DNA of 52,198 nucleotides, taken from assembly GCA_905178155.1 (NCBI GenBank), contig CAJINV010000029.1:9911-62108 (forward strand). Reading direction: 5' to 3'. Of the stretch, positions 1 through 13,400 are shown one piece after another. Each line of letters begins with the position of its first letter. Positions within the stretch are counted from its first letter, which is position 1. The translations under genes and the position numbers were made by a program. The notes under the pieces are model-generated. The model searched no databases. It worked only from the letters and a program-made list of their open reading frames with translations, and was not told where the DNA came from. The stretch comes from Amoebophrya sp. A120 (lineage: Eukaryota; Protista; Dinoflagellata).

Positions 1-290
1 GATCGTTTTTGCCAAGCTCGCAGTGCTTGGCACTTACACTGGACTTTGAGAACGTTGCTGATTTGCTAAGCGCGCACCACCACGCCACAGAACAAGGTCA
101 CAGCCAGAGATGAAAGAAAGTGAAATAATAGCGCTCCAGTGCGTGAGCGCTGAAAGTCTGAACCTTTGAAGGTGCTGCTGTTCGGGTTCTCGTCGTCGTT
201 GATCTGCTTCAAGTTTATTAACAGCTTTAAACAGGGCTGGTATGGTTTGGCGTTTAAAATTCGTTAAACTTCTAGAACACATTTTTCCTA

Positions 291-1729
291 TCAAATACCG
301 ATCTTTTCCTGTGTCGTCGCTGCGGCCACACCACCAGGAGGCACGTCGGCCGTCGTCGGTGGTACCAACAAATTCGGTTGTTCTCGGTCTTGTGAACTAC
401 CAACTGCCGCTGCCGCCACACTTGTTTCGCTTTCCCCGTTCGTGAACAATTCCGGTACTATGTTCTGTTGCAAGTTCAACGTGCTCGTGCTCTGCTCGTG
501 ATTATTCCATGGGACTGGTCCGCTTTGGTGCGCAGGAGTCACAGCCGCTGCATATCAAGAAGAAAAATCCCCCCTCCCCATACCAAAACGAAAATCTGTG
601 ATGCAGATTTGTGGTCATAAATCAGCTTTCTCGTGCTAGAAGGACAGAGAGAGATGCGGAGCGTAATGCTGGCTTGCATGGGAAAGCCTTGCGCCTTCAG
701 CAGGACAGAAAACCAGTGAAAGTGGATAGCAGCATGACAAATTGCCTGCAAACGAGGCCGCAGCTGCCTCTCGTGGCCTTTTAGCACTGCAAGGCGATTT
801 TTGCACTCAAATACAGCATCACAAATTTCGTTTTCGATATGGGGAGGGGGGATTTTTCCTTTTGATACTGCAACGGAATCAGCTGCTCGTCGTGCTGCAT
901 CGGCCGGCGCAGACGTAGCTGTCATCGCCGCCGGGACGAGACTTGTTTCAGCCAGCTGGCCTTGACCAGATGCGGGGGGTCGGCTGCTGGACGAACTAGA
1001 ACTGGAGCTGGTCGTGGGGGCTTCCGGCTGTTTATGCTCGGTGAAATTATTATGACCACCTGCAATGTCAATTTGTTATGCAGGTATATATGCCTATTTG
1101 CCATGACAAATTCCATTTCGTGCCGTCTCAAGACGATCGTCTGCGACGAGTGCATGACAAATTGCCATCTCTCGTCGAGCTGGTACATTTATTTCCACCT
1201 GATACGACCGTCTCAGCGTACTTTGCCCTGCTTGTAGTCCCAGCGTGTCGACAGTTGCGGCATTACCGCCCGAGTGCGGCGCAGTTGTCGTCGCAACATC
1301 ATTGGGAACGTCGGTCCTCGCCACCCGCAGCTGCCGCTCGTCCTCCTTTTGTTTCTTCTCAAAGCACACCATAGCCGCTATGGCGTTCTCAAATGTTGCA
1401 TTCTCAACAGTTACATGATTTGCCATGCAAAACGAGCATCAACGTCCACATGGTGAAGCTACTGCGCATGACAAATTTTGGAAGGGCTAAACAGGATGAG
1501 AGCCTGTGCCGAATTTGTAATGCAAGAGTTGCAAGATCCGGCCTTTCTCTGTTGCCATTCTTGCATCGCAAATTCATGTAAGAACAGTTGAGAACGTAAC
1601 AATTGAGAATCCCATAGCCGCCTGCACGCAGAGCGCGTTCAGCTTCTTTTTCGCCAGCTTTTCGGAGTACTTCTCGGCGAGCCGGTCGAAAAGGTGCTGC
1701 ACATCCGGCGCGCGGATGTTGTTCAACAT
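291..1729 (-). CDS. Gene 1: hypothetical low-complexity protein (~232 aa), split by 3 introner-like elements
   Basis: Removing 1379-1616, 1033-1204 and 553-867 (+5 nt each) gives 699 nt in one frame: MLNNIRAPDVQHLFDRLAEKYSEKLAKKKLNALCVQAAMVCFEKKQ...QEKIGI*. May extend to 34 through a 57-bp mini-intron. True start uncertain. Confidence 0.6.
553..867. mobile_element. Introner-like element, family B
   Basis: TIR TATCAAGAAGAAAAATCCCCCTCCCCATA / TATGGGGAGGGGGGATTTTTCCTTTTGATA; TSD CTGCA perfect; frame restored. Confidence 0.92.
1033..1204. mobile_element. Introner-like element, singleton family I
   Basis: TATG...GATA, degenerate TIR, CATGACAAA boxes; TSD diverged but element+5 restores the frame. 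Confidence 0.75.
1379..1616. mobile_element. Introner-like element, family F
   Basis: TIR TATGGCGTTCTCAA / TTGAGAATCCCATA; TSD GCCGC perfect. Confidence 0.92.
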
Positions 1730-3773
1730 TTTCTCCTCTGGTAGACTTAAACTTAGGGCGTTTCAATCGTATCTTCCGATTTTTGTTCGCTTCTCCTCTT
1801 TTCTATGCTACACAAATTGAACAAAGATTGCTGCCTTGTTGGCCGAGGGGTTTGTGTGATCAGAAGCCTCTGACACAAGCCTAGGTTGAAAGTAAAATGG
1901 TATTGGGAAATAAGGGTAGACCTTGCTACTCGGGAAAAATTGCAGGGTAAAATCCACAATGGAAGTAATAGTGGAGCCTTGGGCCGTGGATGTATCCTTA
2001 CTCTCCTTGGTTTATCATCAAGTTCCTCTCTGCTGATAGGACTAGTTCTGCATGTAAAAAACTTATTTACAGATGGTGCGCAAGAAGACGGTGAAAAACA
2101 GAATAGCTTTCCTCTCAAAAGAAAACTCTCGACCACACCCGGAAAAAAACAAGGAACAAAAACTCGTGATGGCACAACACACAGTAGCGGCACCCTCACC
2201 GTAACTCGCTATAAGAAAAAAACATATGCTGCACTGAAAAGATTTTTTGGGGTACGTCCTGGGGGAAGAAAACGCGGACTCGCTCGTAGCACAACTACGA
2301 GGAGAGGTGTGGGGTACAACAATACGACGTTGGGTACAACAACATTGAACACATTTGAAGAAGTCGAACATCATCTTCGTTCGAGCCGCGAGGTCTGCAT
2401 CAGTAATAAACCCAGGTCTAGTGCTAATCTAATAGGACAAGTTTGCGATTCTCAGACAACAAAATCAGTTTTTTCGGTTTTTGTTCATTTTTTTGCATCG
2501 CCTTGAAGATTTGATGCCCCTGCACAAGAAATCACTTCACTTTCTTGATATTCATCGAATGCCTCATCCTATTTACATGTCATCATGCCCGTCATCTGTA
2601 TTGGAAAGTTCCATATGGTCAATCTTTCAAATCAAAAATCGTCCATGGTTTCACCTTTGTTATAGTCGTCTGTAATCTTTTAGTGGTTGTGGTTGTCGTC
2701 AAGCGGTCAGCATGCTGTTGTCCAGCAAGTGAGAGGTCCGTCGAGTATTATCGTATAAAAATCGGTGCAAAAGTTATTGTACTGAAGTGTGGATTCAATA
2801 TTCAATTTTTCTCTCGACAGCTGCAAAAGCAAGGTGCTGTGGCTTCGTCTCACATGACAACGAGCAAAGTTTTTCTAGAAAGTGATTTCCAACGTCGAAA
2901 ATGCAGGTATAATCTTCATTCCTCTGTACTATCTGTATCCTATGGTATTGTATATAGTGTTAAGACCTCAAGCTCTTGTGCTGGTTGTGCCGAGATTTTG
3001 TTTCATATTGCCTGCTACAAGAGAGCATGGAAAGAAAAAAGTTCCGTTATTATGTGCAAAAAATATCAGCTTGAGTGTAATTCTTCTGCGACAGACACAG
3101 AGGCCGTAAACTTTTGCAAACGTAAAAGTCCTCACAAGGCAGTGCAAAATTGCATGCAACTCTAGAAATACATCAAGTTGAAATATAGTATGCGCTGTTA
3201 CGTAAAAACTATCGCAGTCGCTTCTGCAGCACAAAGAACTAGGGGCACGACCACATCGAAGGAAGATGTGGCAAAGTAGTGCTGTAAATTTTCATTTCAA
3301 CGTTGTAGCAAAACTCCGTTTGGAAAACAAAAGGCTTCATCTTTTATCTCTTTCATGTTAGGTACCAATACTAGTACAGCTGCTTTTCTTGTTAGCGTAT
3401 GATAAAATTTTTTAGGCTTTCAAAAATGAGTTGCCCTGTTGTTCGGCGCAACGTACTGGTACAAGTCGGCCTCACTTTCGTATTTCGCAAAAGCAAATCG
3501 TAAAAAGAAAAATTATGGTTACATCTACAAAAAACTGCCGCAGGTAGTAGCAGCGCGTCAAGCTGTCATGTATAGAGGCTCTGCACGCGGCCTCTTAGGA
3601 AAATTTTCTAGGCATTAAGTGTGCCCTTCCGGTATAGGTAAGAGCTTTCAAGAATTTGACCAACCGTACACGTGCCCGAAAAGCATAAAGTAACGTCCAT
3701 AGTCTTCTAAGCACGGTTCGCCAGCACGGGCTCGAAATTCATAGATTAACGCCCGTAGTGATCGATGTCCTTT

Positions 3774-4041
3774 TATCAAATGTAAAAGAAAAAGTGTCTG
3801 GGTTTGGAAGAGTGCGCCATTTGTCATGCAGCTTTTCCATGACCCATGAAGCCTGGAATGCAGGACCTAGCATGACAGATTCTGCGCGATCTCTCTCATG
3901 CCTATCCTGCATGAGAAACTCCCTCCCGACTTGGTCAAAACGGGAAGACTTTTGGTACTCATGCAACACAGATTTTTGCACGCTTCAGATTTAGCATGAC
4001 AAGTTGCATTCTTCCAGACCCAGACATATTTGCAGTTGATA
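3774..4041. mobile_element. Family A element outside any reconstructed CDS
   Basis: TATCAAATGTAAAA..GTCTGGGTTTGGAA / TTCCAGACCCAGACATATTTGCAGTTGATA; no TSD (CCTTT/TAACT). Confidence 0.85.
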
Positions 4042-4420
4042 TAACTTGCGGATGTACGATTGATTCCCGGCCGTCTGCTGGCCGTAACAAAAAAATCACC
4101 AATGCGACGAGATTCATACAGCTGTACTAGAAAGCGATAAACGAGTATTATATGGTCTCATTAAATAAACGCAGGTTCATCTGATATTGGCATGAAGCAA
4201 TGCTAGTAGAATTGTTTGGTTAATAATATGAGAGCATTTTTTGTAATTTTAGGTCTTTTATTTCGTGTAGGTCGTCTATAATAGACTCTTACAATTGATG
4301 ATAGTATTACAACGTCGTTTTCGTTTTTTCTTGGTTCACCAATATATCAGATAAGTCGAAAATAAACAGTAGCAGTACACCAGTGGTTAACTCGCGTCAC
4401 TTGATGCTTACTACAAGCAC

Positions 4421-7400
4421 TTACTTCACCATTGGCGCGGGCTGCTTGCCGCCTGGAGTTGTAGGCGCAGAATATGGCGTTCTCAAACGTTACTAGTACA
4501 CTCTCAACCGTTACTGTTACATGAATTTCACATGCATATGCAAGAGATGAACAGCAACAGAAACAGTTATGTAAAGGGGCAAATCTTCGTTGATCATGCT
4601 GCTTTCGCATCACAGATTTGTTGGCACAGATTTGATTGCTGTTTAGCCCTTCGGAGATTTGTCATGCGAAATAGCTTGACTGTCCGGCGGATTGGGGTAG
4701 TTTTGCATGAGATTTCACGTAACATCAGTGGAACGTAACGCTTGAGAATCTGATACAGCAGGAACAGCTCCTAGTGTCACCTGCCGTCCCGTCACCGAGG
4801 GTTCTTGAGCCTGCGCTGCAGCGGACGACGACGAGATATGAACATGGCCGCTTGATGTTAAACCGCCGTGCTGCAACGTCGTGCTCGAGTCAACAACACC
4901 TTGTTGTTGATGTGGTACCACGGTCGTGCGACGCGTTTCCCTTGCGGTCATGAGGCGCTCACCAACGCGGGCGAAGGAGCTAGCCGAACTTTTGCTATAA
5001 GACGGCCCCTATGCATTGCAAATATGTTTGGGTCTGGAAACTTGTGATGCTAAAATGTGGACGATGGCAACACTTTTGCATGCAGCTCAGCATGACACCT
5101 TCCCAGAATGCTTTCTCATAGGAAGTCCGCATGAGAAACTGCGTTTTTGCATGACAAAAGTGGCTGCGTCCTTTGTTGCTTATGCAATACAGATTTCCCA
5201 GTAATGCAGAGCTAGCATTACAAGTTCCAATTTTCCAGACATTTTTGCAGTTGATAGTCCCGACCCCGAGGCCGCTGCCGTAGTGTTGCTCGAACCGGCA
5301 GACCGCGTACTTATCCAAGAAGAAAACTGTGTAGATGTAAGCCTGCAATGCAAAGTACGCAACACAGATACATCTGTCATGCTGGCCAGCCATGATGAAG
5401 TCCTGTTTTCATATGTTTTTTCTAGTACTAGCTGATGTGCATGACAGGTTTTGTTCTCTGTCATGCAGAGCAAATTTGTCATGCTGTCACTCCAAGACAG
5501 CTACACTCACCCAGTTTTTATCTTGCATAGTACTAGGCGTGTGATCAATGGCCGCGCGGGCGGAAAGTGGCGGGGGTGCCGAGGACAGCGAAGTAGATCC
5601 GGGTAGAGCAGCCCCTTGATGGCCGCTGGTAGAAGAGCCAGCCCCCAGTAGGGGGCCCCGGTGGTGCTGATGCCCCGTTCTGCTCGACGGCGTCACAGCT
5701 TGCGGTAGGGAAACTCCCCCCTGGTGTAGTTGCGCTTGCAGCTGCCCCGGAGCACTGTGGCTAGTCCCGCCCCGAGCTGCCGGCGAAGACGGGGCTCTCG
5801 CCGCGGGAAGAGGAGATGGAAAAATTGATGCTGGCGGTTGATGCGGCACCGCAACTGCTGCAGCGGGAGTTGCGCTAGATTGCTGGCTTTGAAGATGATC
5901 GCCCGTTTGGAGTCGGAGGGAAGATTCGGTTTCCCTGATTCCCCGCCCGCCACTCTCCGTCCTTGCCACTACACCTGCTCGTCCCGTGCCAAAATTATAG
6001 AGCGGATCCGCCGCGACTCTACTCGGAACTTTCGCCGGCGTGTTTATCTTGTAGTCCATCTGCATCGTCTTCAGGAGCTCCTTGTAATTTGACGTGAGAT
6101 GAAGACCCCCAGTTTTGCTATCTGCTTCCAAAGCCCCCGTGCTTGTGGCTGGGCGGTCGGAAACGCTACGGTGCCACAGAGTTCGAGCCATCGCAGCCTC
6201 CAGGGGGTCTTCCTCTTCTTGCTGCAGGAGCTCTGGGTCAACATTTGAAGCAACTTCCCCAGTAGGTGGACGTCCTCGCCCGTCCGCAGGTTGTTGGCGA
6301 CACGAACTTCTCGATCGCATCTGCAAGATTTCATCGGACATCGCGCGTGACCACAGGGGCCGCCCTTGTTCCTCTTCTTGTTCCCATTCGGGGGCAAAAA
6401 GGTCCGGTGACGCAGCTCCTGTAGTTGTCATCAACGTCGGGTCGGAAGAACTCAGCGGGGGAAGTTGTGGATCATGGTGGTCTATGGAGGATTGCAAATA
6501 TCCCTGGATGTCGAAAAACTTGTAATGCTGAATGGTCATGCTTGACTGTGCCTGTAAGTGCAGTGCAGCATGACAAATGTTTCAAACGCTTTCTCATCCG
6601 CAGAACGCATTACGAACTGCGCTTTTGCATGACGAACGTGTCGTGGCGCTCTATTTGCTGCTTATGCAATACAGATTTTTTAGGAATGCGGAACATGCAA
6701 TACAGGCTCAACCTTCCAGACTCAGACATATTTGCACTCGATACGGTGCTGCGCCGCCGTTTGGTTGATCTTGCCAGGAGGACCACCACCAGCATATTGA
6801 AGCGGAGCGCCGCCCGAAGTAGTTTTAGAGGCACTTCTACTGCGGCTCGCCTGCTGCTCCGCACTGGCATTGGTATTGGCAACTACATCTTCTGCACGAC
6901 TAGCGGTCTTGCCGAGATGAACAATTGGGTCCATAACAAGAGCAGGACTTTCATCTTCAATCGGAGCATTCCTGATGCAGACCTGCGCCAGTTGGTCGCA
7001 GAGTCCGGCGATATTATCAACTAGAGAAGAAGGAGCCTCTTCATGATTAGATTGCTGTTCTGGCGCAGGAGGAGGAGAAGTAGGTCCTGCAGCTCCTGTA
7101 CTATCGGATCCTGTAGCACAACAACCTGACGGTGTTTGATCGATCTTATCAAGTGGATCGCCAGCATGCTGCCGGTTATTTTGAGCGCCCGAAGTTCCAG
7201 AGGTACTTCTGCTTTGGCTCGTCTTTTCAGCCTCTTCACGCGGATGTTGCTGTTGCGCAGGAGGAGCTCCTGCACCTGTATTAGATCCTGTACCTGCAGC
7301 TTCAGTATGATTCTTACGGGCGGCCGTTTCTTGTTCATCATCTTTGCCGTGACGACGGGTCGACGACGTTCTTGGCGACGGTTCTTCACAATTACGCAGC

Positions 7401-10400
7401 TCAACATCCTCGACCCCAGACCGGTGTTCTATCGCAAGAAAAAACTGTTTCACTATGAACTTGTGATGCATAGAATAGAACGCAGAACTATTTGTCTTGC
7501 TACACCTGCAAGCTATTGGATTTTTAAGCGCGTTTTCCCTTGGAAAGCGCGCACGGCAAATTTTCTGTGTCATGTGTAGCAAACTTGTGATGCGGATCTT
7601 GCAAAACCATCACAGTGAAACAGTTTTTTCGTGGGATATGTTCTTCATCCACTTTATTCATTTTCGACGGAGCAGCTACAGGTGCCGGCTTTGCGTCCGC
7701 GTGCTGCTCTACTAGTGCTTGCACATCAGCGGAAGAAGTTTTTGTAGTGGTAGTTTTATTGTTCTTCCCACCTGCGGCGCCGCTCGTGGTCGACGTCCAC
7801 TTATCATCTACTATAGGATTGCCTGCTAGATCAAAAACCCGGACGACCTGCTGTCCCGGGTGGACACCGCGTGCTGTGTTCTATCAAATGCAAAAGCATC
7901 GTACTAGTATGAATTGCATGACAAATTTCCTCACCATGAGAAATGGAATTTGTAATGCTGATTGACATAACGAAAAAGATTTGTAATGCATAACTGCAAT
8001 GACTACGAGTACGAGACCTTTGCACTGGATATGTTCCTTGAACACGCAAGGTTCGTCCTGGACGCAAGGCTGTGCAGTATCCTGAGTAAAAACGTCCCCA
8101 CACCAGAGTTGTCATGCAGATTTGCCATGACAGGAACATTTGTGATGCGCAACCCCATGACAGGCATTTTCAATCGTGTTTGGGAACTTGTAATGCTGTA
8201 AACAGGATCAGCAGATCGATTTGTGACGCGGCTTTCCTTGCTAACTTGCACCACCTTACGGACTGAAACTTGTCATGCGTGACTCACAAAACTCCTAGGC
8301 TTGTGTTGCAAAATCCCCATCCTGAGACTGGTGTGGGTACGTTTTATTTTACTCAGGATATGCAGGTTTTTGTCGGTAAGAGGACTAGCGAAGGTTGATT
8401 GCTCTACTGGCCCTCGAGATCCACTGTCCGACCTCGGCTTGCTATGAGAGTGCACAACTAGAAGTACTTACCCCTCCCCATCATTTGTCTATGCAAAATA
8501 CAAAACCAACACTGTGCCTCTTTGCACTGTTTGCATGACAAGTTTTGGCATCTCAATGAATAGCACGACCAACTTCCTGTGCGAATTTCTCATGCAAAAC
8601 CTGCATTCTTGCTGACGCTTGTATTGCTGTTTATGCGATGCAAATGAGGGGGAGGGGGAGTAGTTGTGCACTGTCATACTTGAGCTGGTCCTCGTCGCCG
8701 ATATCTTCCTCGTCCAACATTGACTGTATCAACTGCAAATATGTCTGGGTCTTGTCATGCACGTTTTGCATGAAGCATGATCGGTCTGTGATGCATGCCC
8801 CAGCATCACTGACTCTTTGACCGCTTCTTGATGCCTCTTCCGCATGACAAATGCCCCTACGACCGCGTAGCAAAAGTTACATTCTCTTATTTGCTATTGC
8901 TGCTCATGCAATACAGAGTTTTCCGGAATTCAAATGCAGCATCACAAGTTCTTGCATTCTTCCAGACATCCAGACATATTTGCAGTTAATAGACTGGCCT
9001 GAAGAACGCACTCCGACGTCCCACAACTCTTGCACATCCTGGATGATGGTTACCTCGTTGCGCTATCGTGAGGAAAAATCCCCATTCCCTGTATCGAAAA
9101 GGAGATTTGTGATGCTGGATTTGAGTGCACAAATTTACATGTATTGCTAGAAGGCCAAGAGACGCAGACGCGGCCTCACTTGCAGGCAATTTGTCATGCT
9201 CTTTCCCGCTTCCAGTTGCTTCCTGTCATGCTGAAGACGCAAGGCTGACTCAGGTCAGCCAGCCCTACGGTCTGGATCTCTTTCGTTGTAGCATCACAGC
9301 GGGACTTGTGATCACAAATCATGCTACACAAATCTCCATTTGAGTATGGGGAGGCGAGGTAGTTTTTCATTGTAATATGCGCTCGTAAGAAGGACCTTCA
9401 TGATCGGGCGCGGCCCCCGCCCCGATTCCATTCGATCGGCCTGCATATGCTGTGCAAAAGCACCGCACTCGTAGTACTAATCGCATTCATGCATTGCAAA
9501 TCTTTTTATTCAGGTAAATCCGCATTACAAAATCCGTTTCTAATGCTGAGCAAATTTGTAATGCGATTTCTACTAGTACGATACTTTTGCAAGGCATACT
9601 GCAGCCCGGTCGGCAGTTCCCACGCTCGCGGACGACAGTATCCCGTTGCCACCTCCCGAGGAATCACCTCCAACCACACTCGTGAGCCGCATTCGCAACA
9701 TGGCCAGCAGGTCGTACCGCACGTTTTCCTGTCTCTCCCGGATATTTTCCCTCCGCTCGCGCCGCCGATCTTGCTCTTGCTTGGATCGTATCAAATGCAA
9801 ATATGTCTGGGTCTGGAAACTTGTGATGCTACAATGTGGATGATGGGAAGAGTTCCGAATGCAACCCAGCATGATAACTTTCCAGAACGCTTTTTCATAG
9901 GCAATCCGCATAAAAAAATGCGTTTTGGCATGTACAAAAGAGGCTGCGACTTTTGTTGTTTATGCAATACAGATTTTCTAGGTATGGAAAGATAGCATTA
10001 CAAGTTCCAACCTCCTAGACCCAGACATTTTTGCAATCCATAGATCGCGCCAGTTCGTTCCGCGCGACCTCCTGCACTGTGGTTTCTTGTTTTGTACGTG
10101 GACCAATAAATCTGGTTGCGTCGTCCTATCCTGAGCAAAAACGTCCCCACCCCAGAGTTGTCATGCAAATCTGCATGCCAAAAATGTTTCTCATGCGGAG
10201 CCCCAACATGAGAAGCATTTTCTATGCGTGTTTGGAATTTGTGATGCTATAATCAGCATGATATACTAGATCTAAGATGCTGCTGAACTACCTAAACAGG
10301 ATGACACTACGAGGACAAATTTGTCATGCCAAACGACCAAAGGTGGCTGATTTGTCTAGCAGATTTCCCATCTTGACTCTGGTGTGGGGACGTTTTTGCA

Positions 10401-13400
10401 AATAATACGACCACCGCGGAGGTCATCCCACTCTCTAGTGCTCCCATGATGCACACTATGCGTTGCAAAGCTGTCTGGGTCTGGAAGATCGCAACTTGTC
10501 ATGGTAATTCTGGATACTGCAGAAATCTGTGCTGCATGATTACCAAAAGCTGTCCACTTTTGACCAAGCTGAGAGGGAGCTTCTCATGCAAACGAGGCAT
10601 GATAGAGGTCGGGGAGATGAGTCTGTCATGCTGGGGCATGTATGACAGACCGCACGCACCATAGAAAACCTGCATGACAAGTCTTCCAACCTTCCAGACC
10701 CAGACATTTTTTTTGTATTTGATACACATTCCGTGGTTACAATTGTCGCTTCCATAGACTTATGAACTGCAAAAGCATCGTACTCGTATAAATGCATTAC
10801 AAATTTCCTTAGCATGAGAAATAAAATTTGTAATGCGGGTTCACCTTAAGAAAAAGATTTGTAATGCATGACTGCAATACGAGTACCATACTTTTGCACG
10901 GGATAACACTCCGGAATCCGCGCCGCCATTCGCTCTGCTGCCAGACAAAAAAGACCCGTTATCGTTCTCGTAAACGGTATGGAAGTGTCAGAATCGAAAT
11001 TGATAAAATCGAAAAACTTGTGATGCATAAAATCGATACCAGTTGGATCCTCAGTTTGCAAGCGGCGCATGACAAATTTCGGGAGCACCGAAATCCTGTC
11101 TGTCATGCTGTTTGAGCAAAGAAGACTGCTCCTGTCATGGTACTCTGGCAGCACATTGCATACCCCTAAACAGGCTTACAATCTGTCTCATTTGCCTGCT
11201 CCCCAATACAGGCCTCGAGTGCCCTACATTTTACGCATCACAAATTTTTCGATTTTGTCGATTTCGATCCTGACACATCCATAAACGGCGGTTCGGCTGC
11301 TCGCGTCGGAGTCCGATACTGTCTATCAAATGTAAAAATGTCTGGGTCTGGAAGAATGCAAGATTTGTGATGCAGGTTTTCCATGAGCCATGAGGTCTGG
11401 AATGCGAGACCCAGCATGACAGATTTTTTGAGGTCTCTATCATGCCTTTCCTGCATGAGAAATACCCTCTCAAGAATTTGGTCAAAAGCGGACAGCTTCT
11501 GGTACTCACGCAACACAGATTTTTGCATCATTCAGATTTAGCATGACAAGTTCTGACCTTCCAGACCCAGACATTTTTGCAGTGGATACTGTCATCTCGC
11601 TACTGGGGGTCTTCTTTTTGCGCCCACTGTGGTAGGTATGACAGTACACAACTCCTCCTCGTTCCCCCTTATTTGTATTCTGCATGAACAGCAACTATAC
11701 AGACACCCCCACCAGTGAAGCCTATGCATGACAAGTTAGTGTGCCTAGAGTAGAATAGTACTGTTTGGGCTTTTTCCGGAAAATTCTGTCATGCAAACAG
11801 TACCACGCAGCAGCGCTTGGATTGCAGATTTTGCATAACAAACGAGGGGGACGAGGGGGAGTTGTGCACTCTCATAGTAGGGATCTGGATCCGGCGGAGC
11901 CACAGCCCGGTCCTGTCGCGACACGAAGCTCCCTTTACTGCTCTTTTTACCGTCGCTGCCACCACTTTCCGGAGGCGTTGCGAGGAGACCCTGGTGACGC
12001 CCGCCTGGTCGTCGGGGGTGTTTCTTTTCATTTTCTCCTCCTGGTGTTCGTATGAAGTGCAAAAGTATCGCACTCGTGTAAATGCATATACAAATTTCCT
12101 CAGTATGAGAACTGAAATTTCTAATGCTGATCTACCTCAAGAAAAAGATTTGTAATGCATGATTGCAATACGAGTACGATACTTTTGCACAGCATAGCTC
12201 GCTGCGGCTGCGGCTGCAAGGCGAAGGACCGCGGTCCTTTATCGCGAGGAAAAATCTACTCCCCTCCCCATACCGAAAAGGTAGACTTTCGGAAATTTGT
12301 GATGCTGAGTTGCGGCCATAAATCGCGTCTGTCTTGCAAGAAGGCAACTCCGCAGGCTCAGCCGCATTGTGCAGGCGGTTTGTCATGCAGCTGGGCCTAC
12401 AGCGCGGACGTTTTTCATGCTAAACGCCTAGGCCAAAACCTCTCTACTGACACTTGGCATGGGCCTGCAGTCCTCTCCAGCAAGACAGCTCGGATTTGTG
12501 TACACAAATCCAGCATCAGAAGCTTCGTTTTGGTATGGCGAGGGGGGATTTTTCCTTTTGATATTCTTGACCGCCGGGCACCAGCTCGCGCCACCACCTC
12601 GGCGGGTCGCCTCCTATGCATTGGAAATATCCCTGGATGTCTGGTGGAAACTTGTGATGCAAGGAAGAGAAGAGTGAGCACTCTGTAATGCGCTGCACAG
12701 CATGGTGAGTTATTTTTCCGCGGTTCTGAGGTGCGTACTCCGCATGAGAAACTGCGTTTTTGCATGACAGGCGAGAGGAGCTCTTCGCGGCCACGCAATA
12801 CAGATTTCAGAGTCATACCAGCCTAGCATGGCAAATATAGGAATCTCCCAGACCCAGACATATTTGCATCTGATACCTTCCGAATGAATGCCAGCAAGGT
12901 TGTGGTCGCGCAAAGTGGCGTAGGCATTGTGCTTGGTGAGGACCTCGCTGGTGAGCCAGGGCTGCGCGAACTGGGTACCACTCGCAGCATATCCTGTGCA
13001 AAAGTGTCGTTCTCGTCTAGCAATCATGCATTACAAGTTTGTTTCTTCAGGTGAGTCCGCATTTTACAGATTTCATTTCTCATGCTGAGGAAATTATTTG
13101 TAATGCATTTATACGAGTACGATACTTTTGCACTGCATACAGCACCTCCACCAGACGAGCTTGAAGCTGAGGTGGTAGTTGTGCCACCACGACTATGCAA
13201 GAAAAAAACTGTGTAAGTGTAACTTTGTAGTGCAGAACATGCAACAGAGTTACACCTGTCATGCCAGACAGCCATGAAGTCGTTTTTTCATGTGTGTTTT
13301 CCCTTACAAGCCAGGCATGACAGGTTGTCGCTGTCATGTAGTGCCGATTTGTGATGCTGTCAGCCAAGAAAAGCTACACTAACAGAGTTTTTTTCTTGCG

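Noticed and set aside
1886-3165. Two 206-aa plus-strand ORFs
   Set aside because: Non-ATG starts, no recognisable motif, opposite strand to the gene cluster; not supportable.
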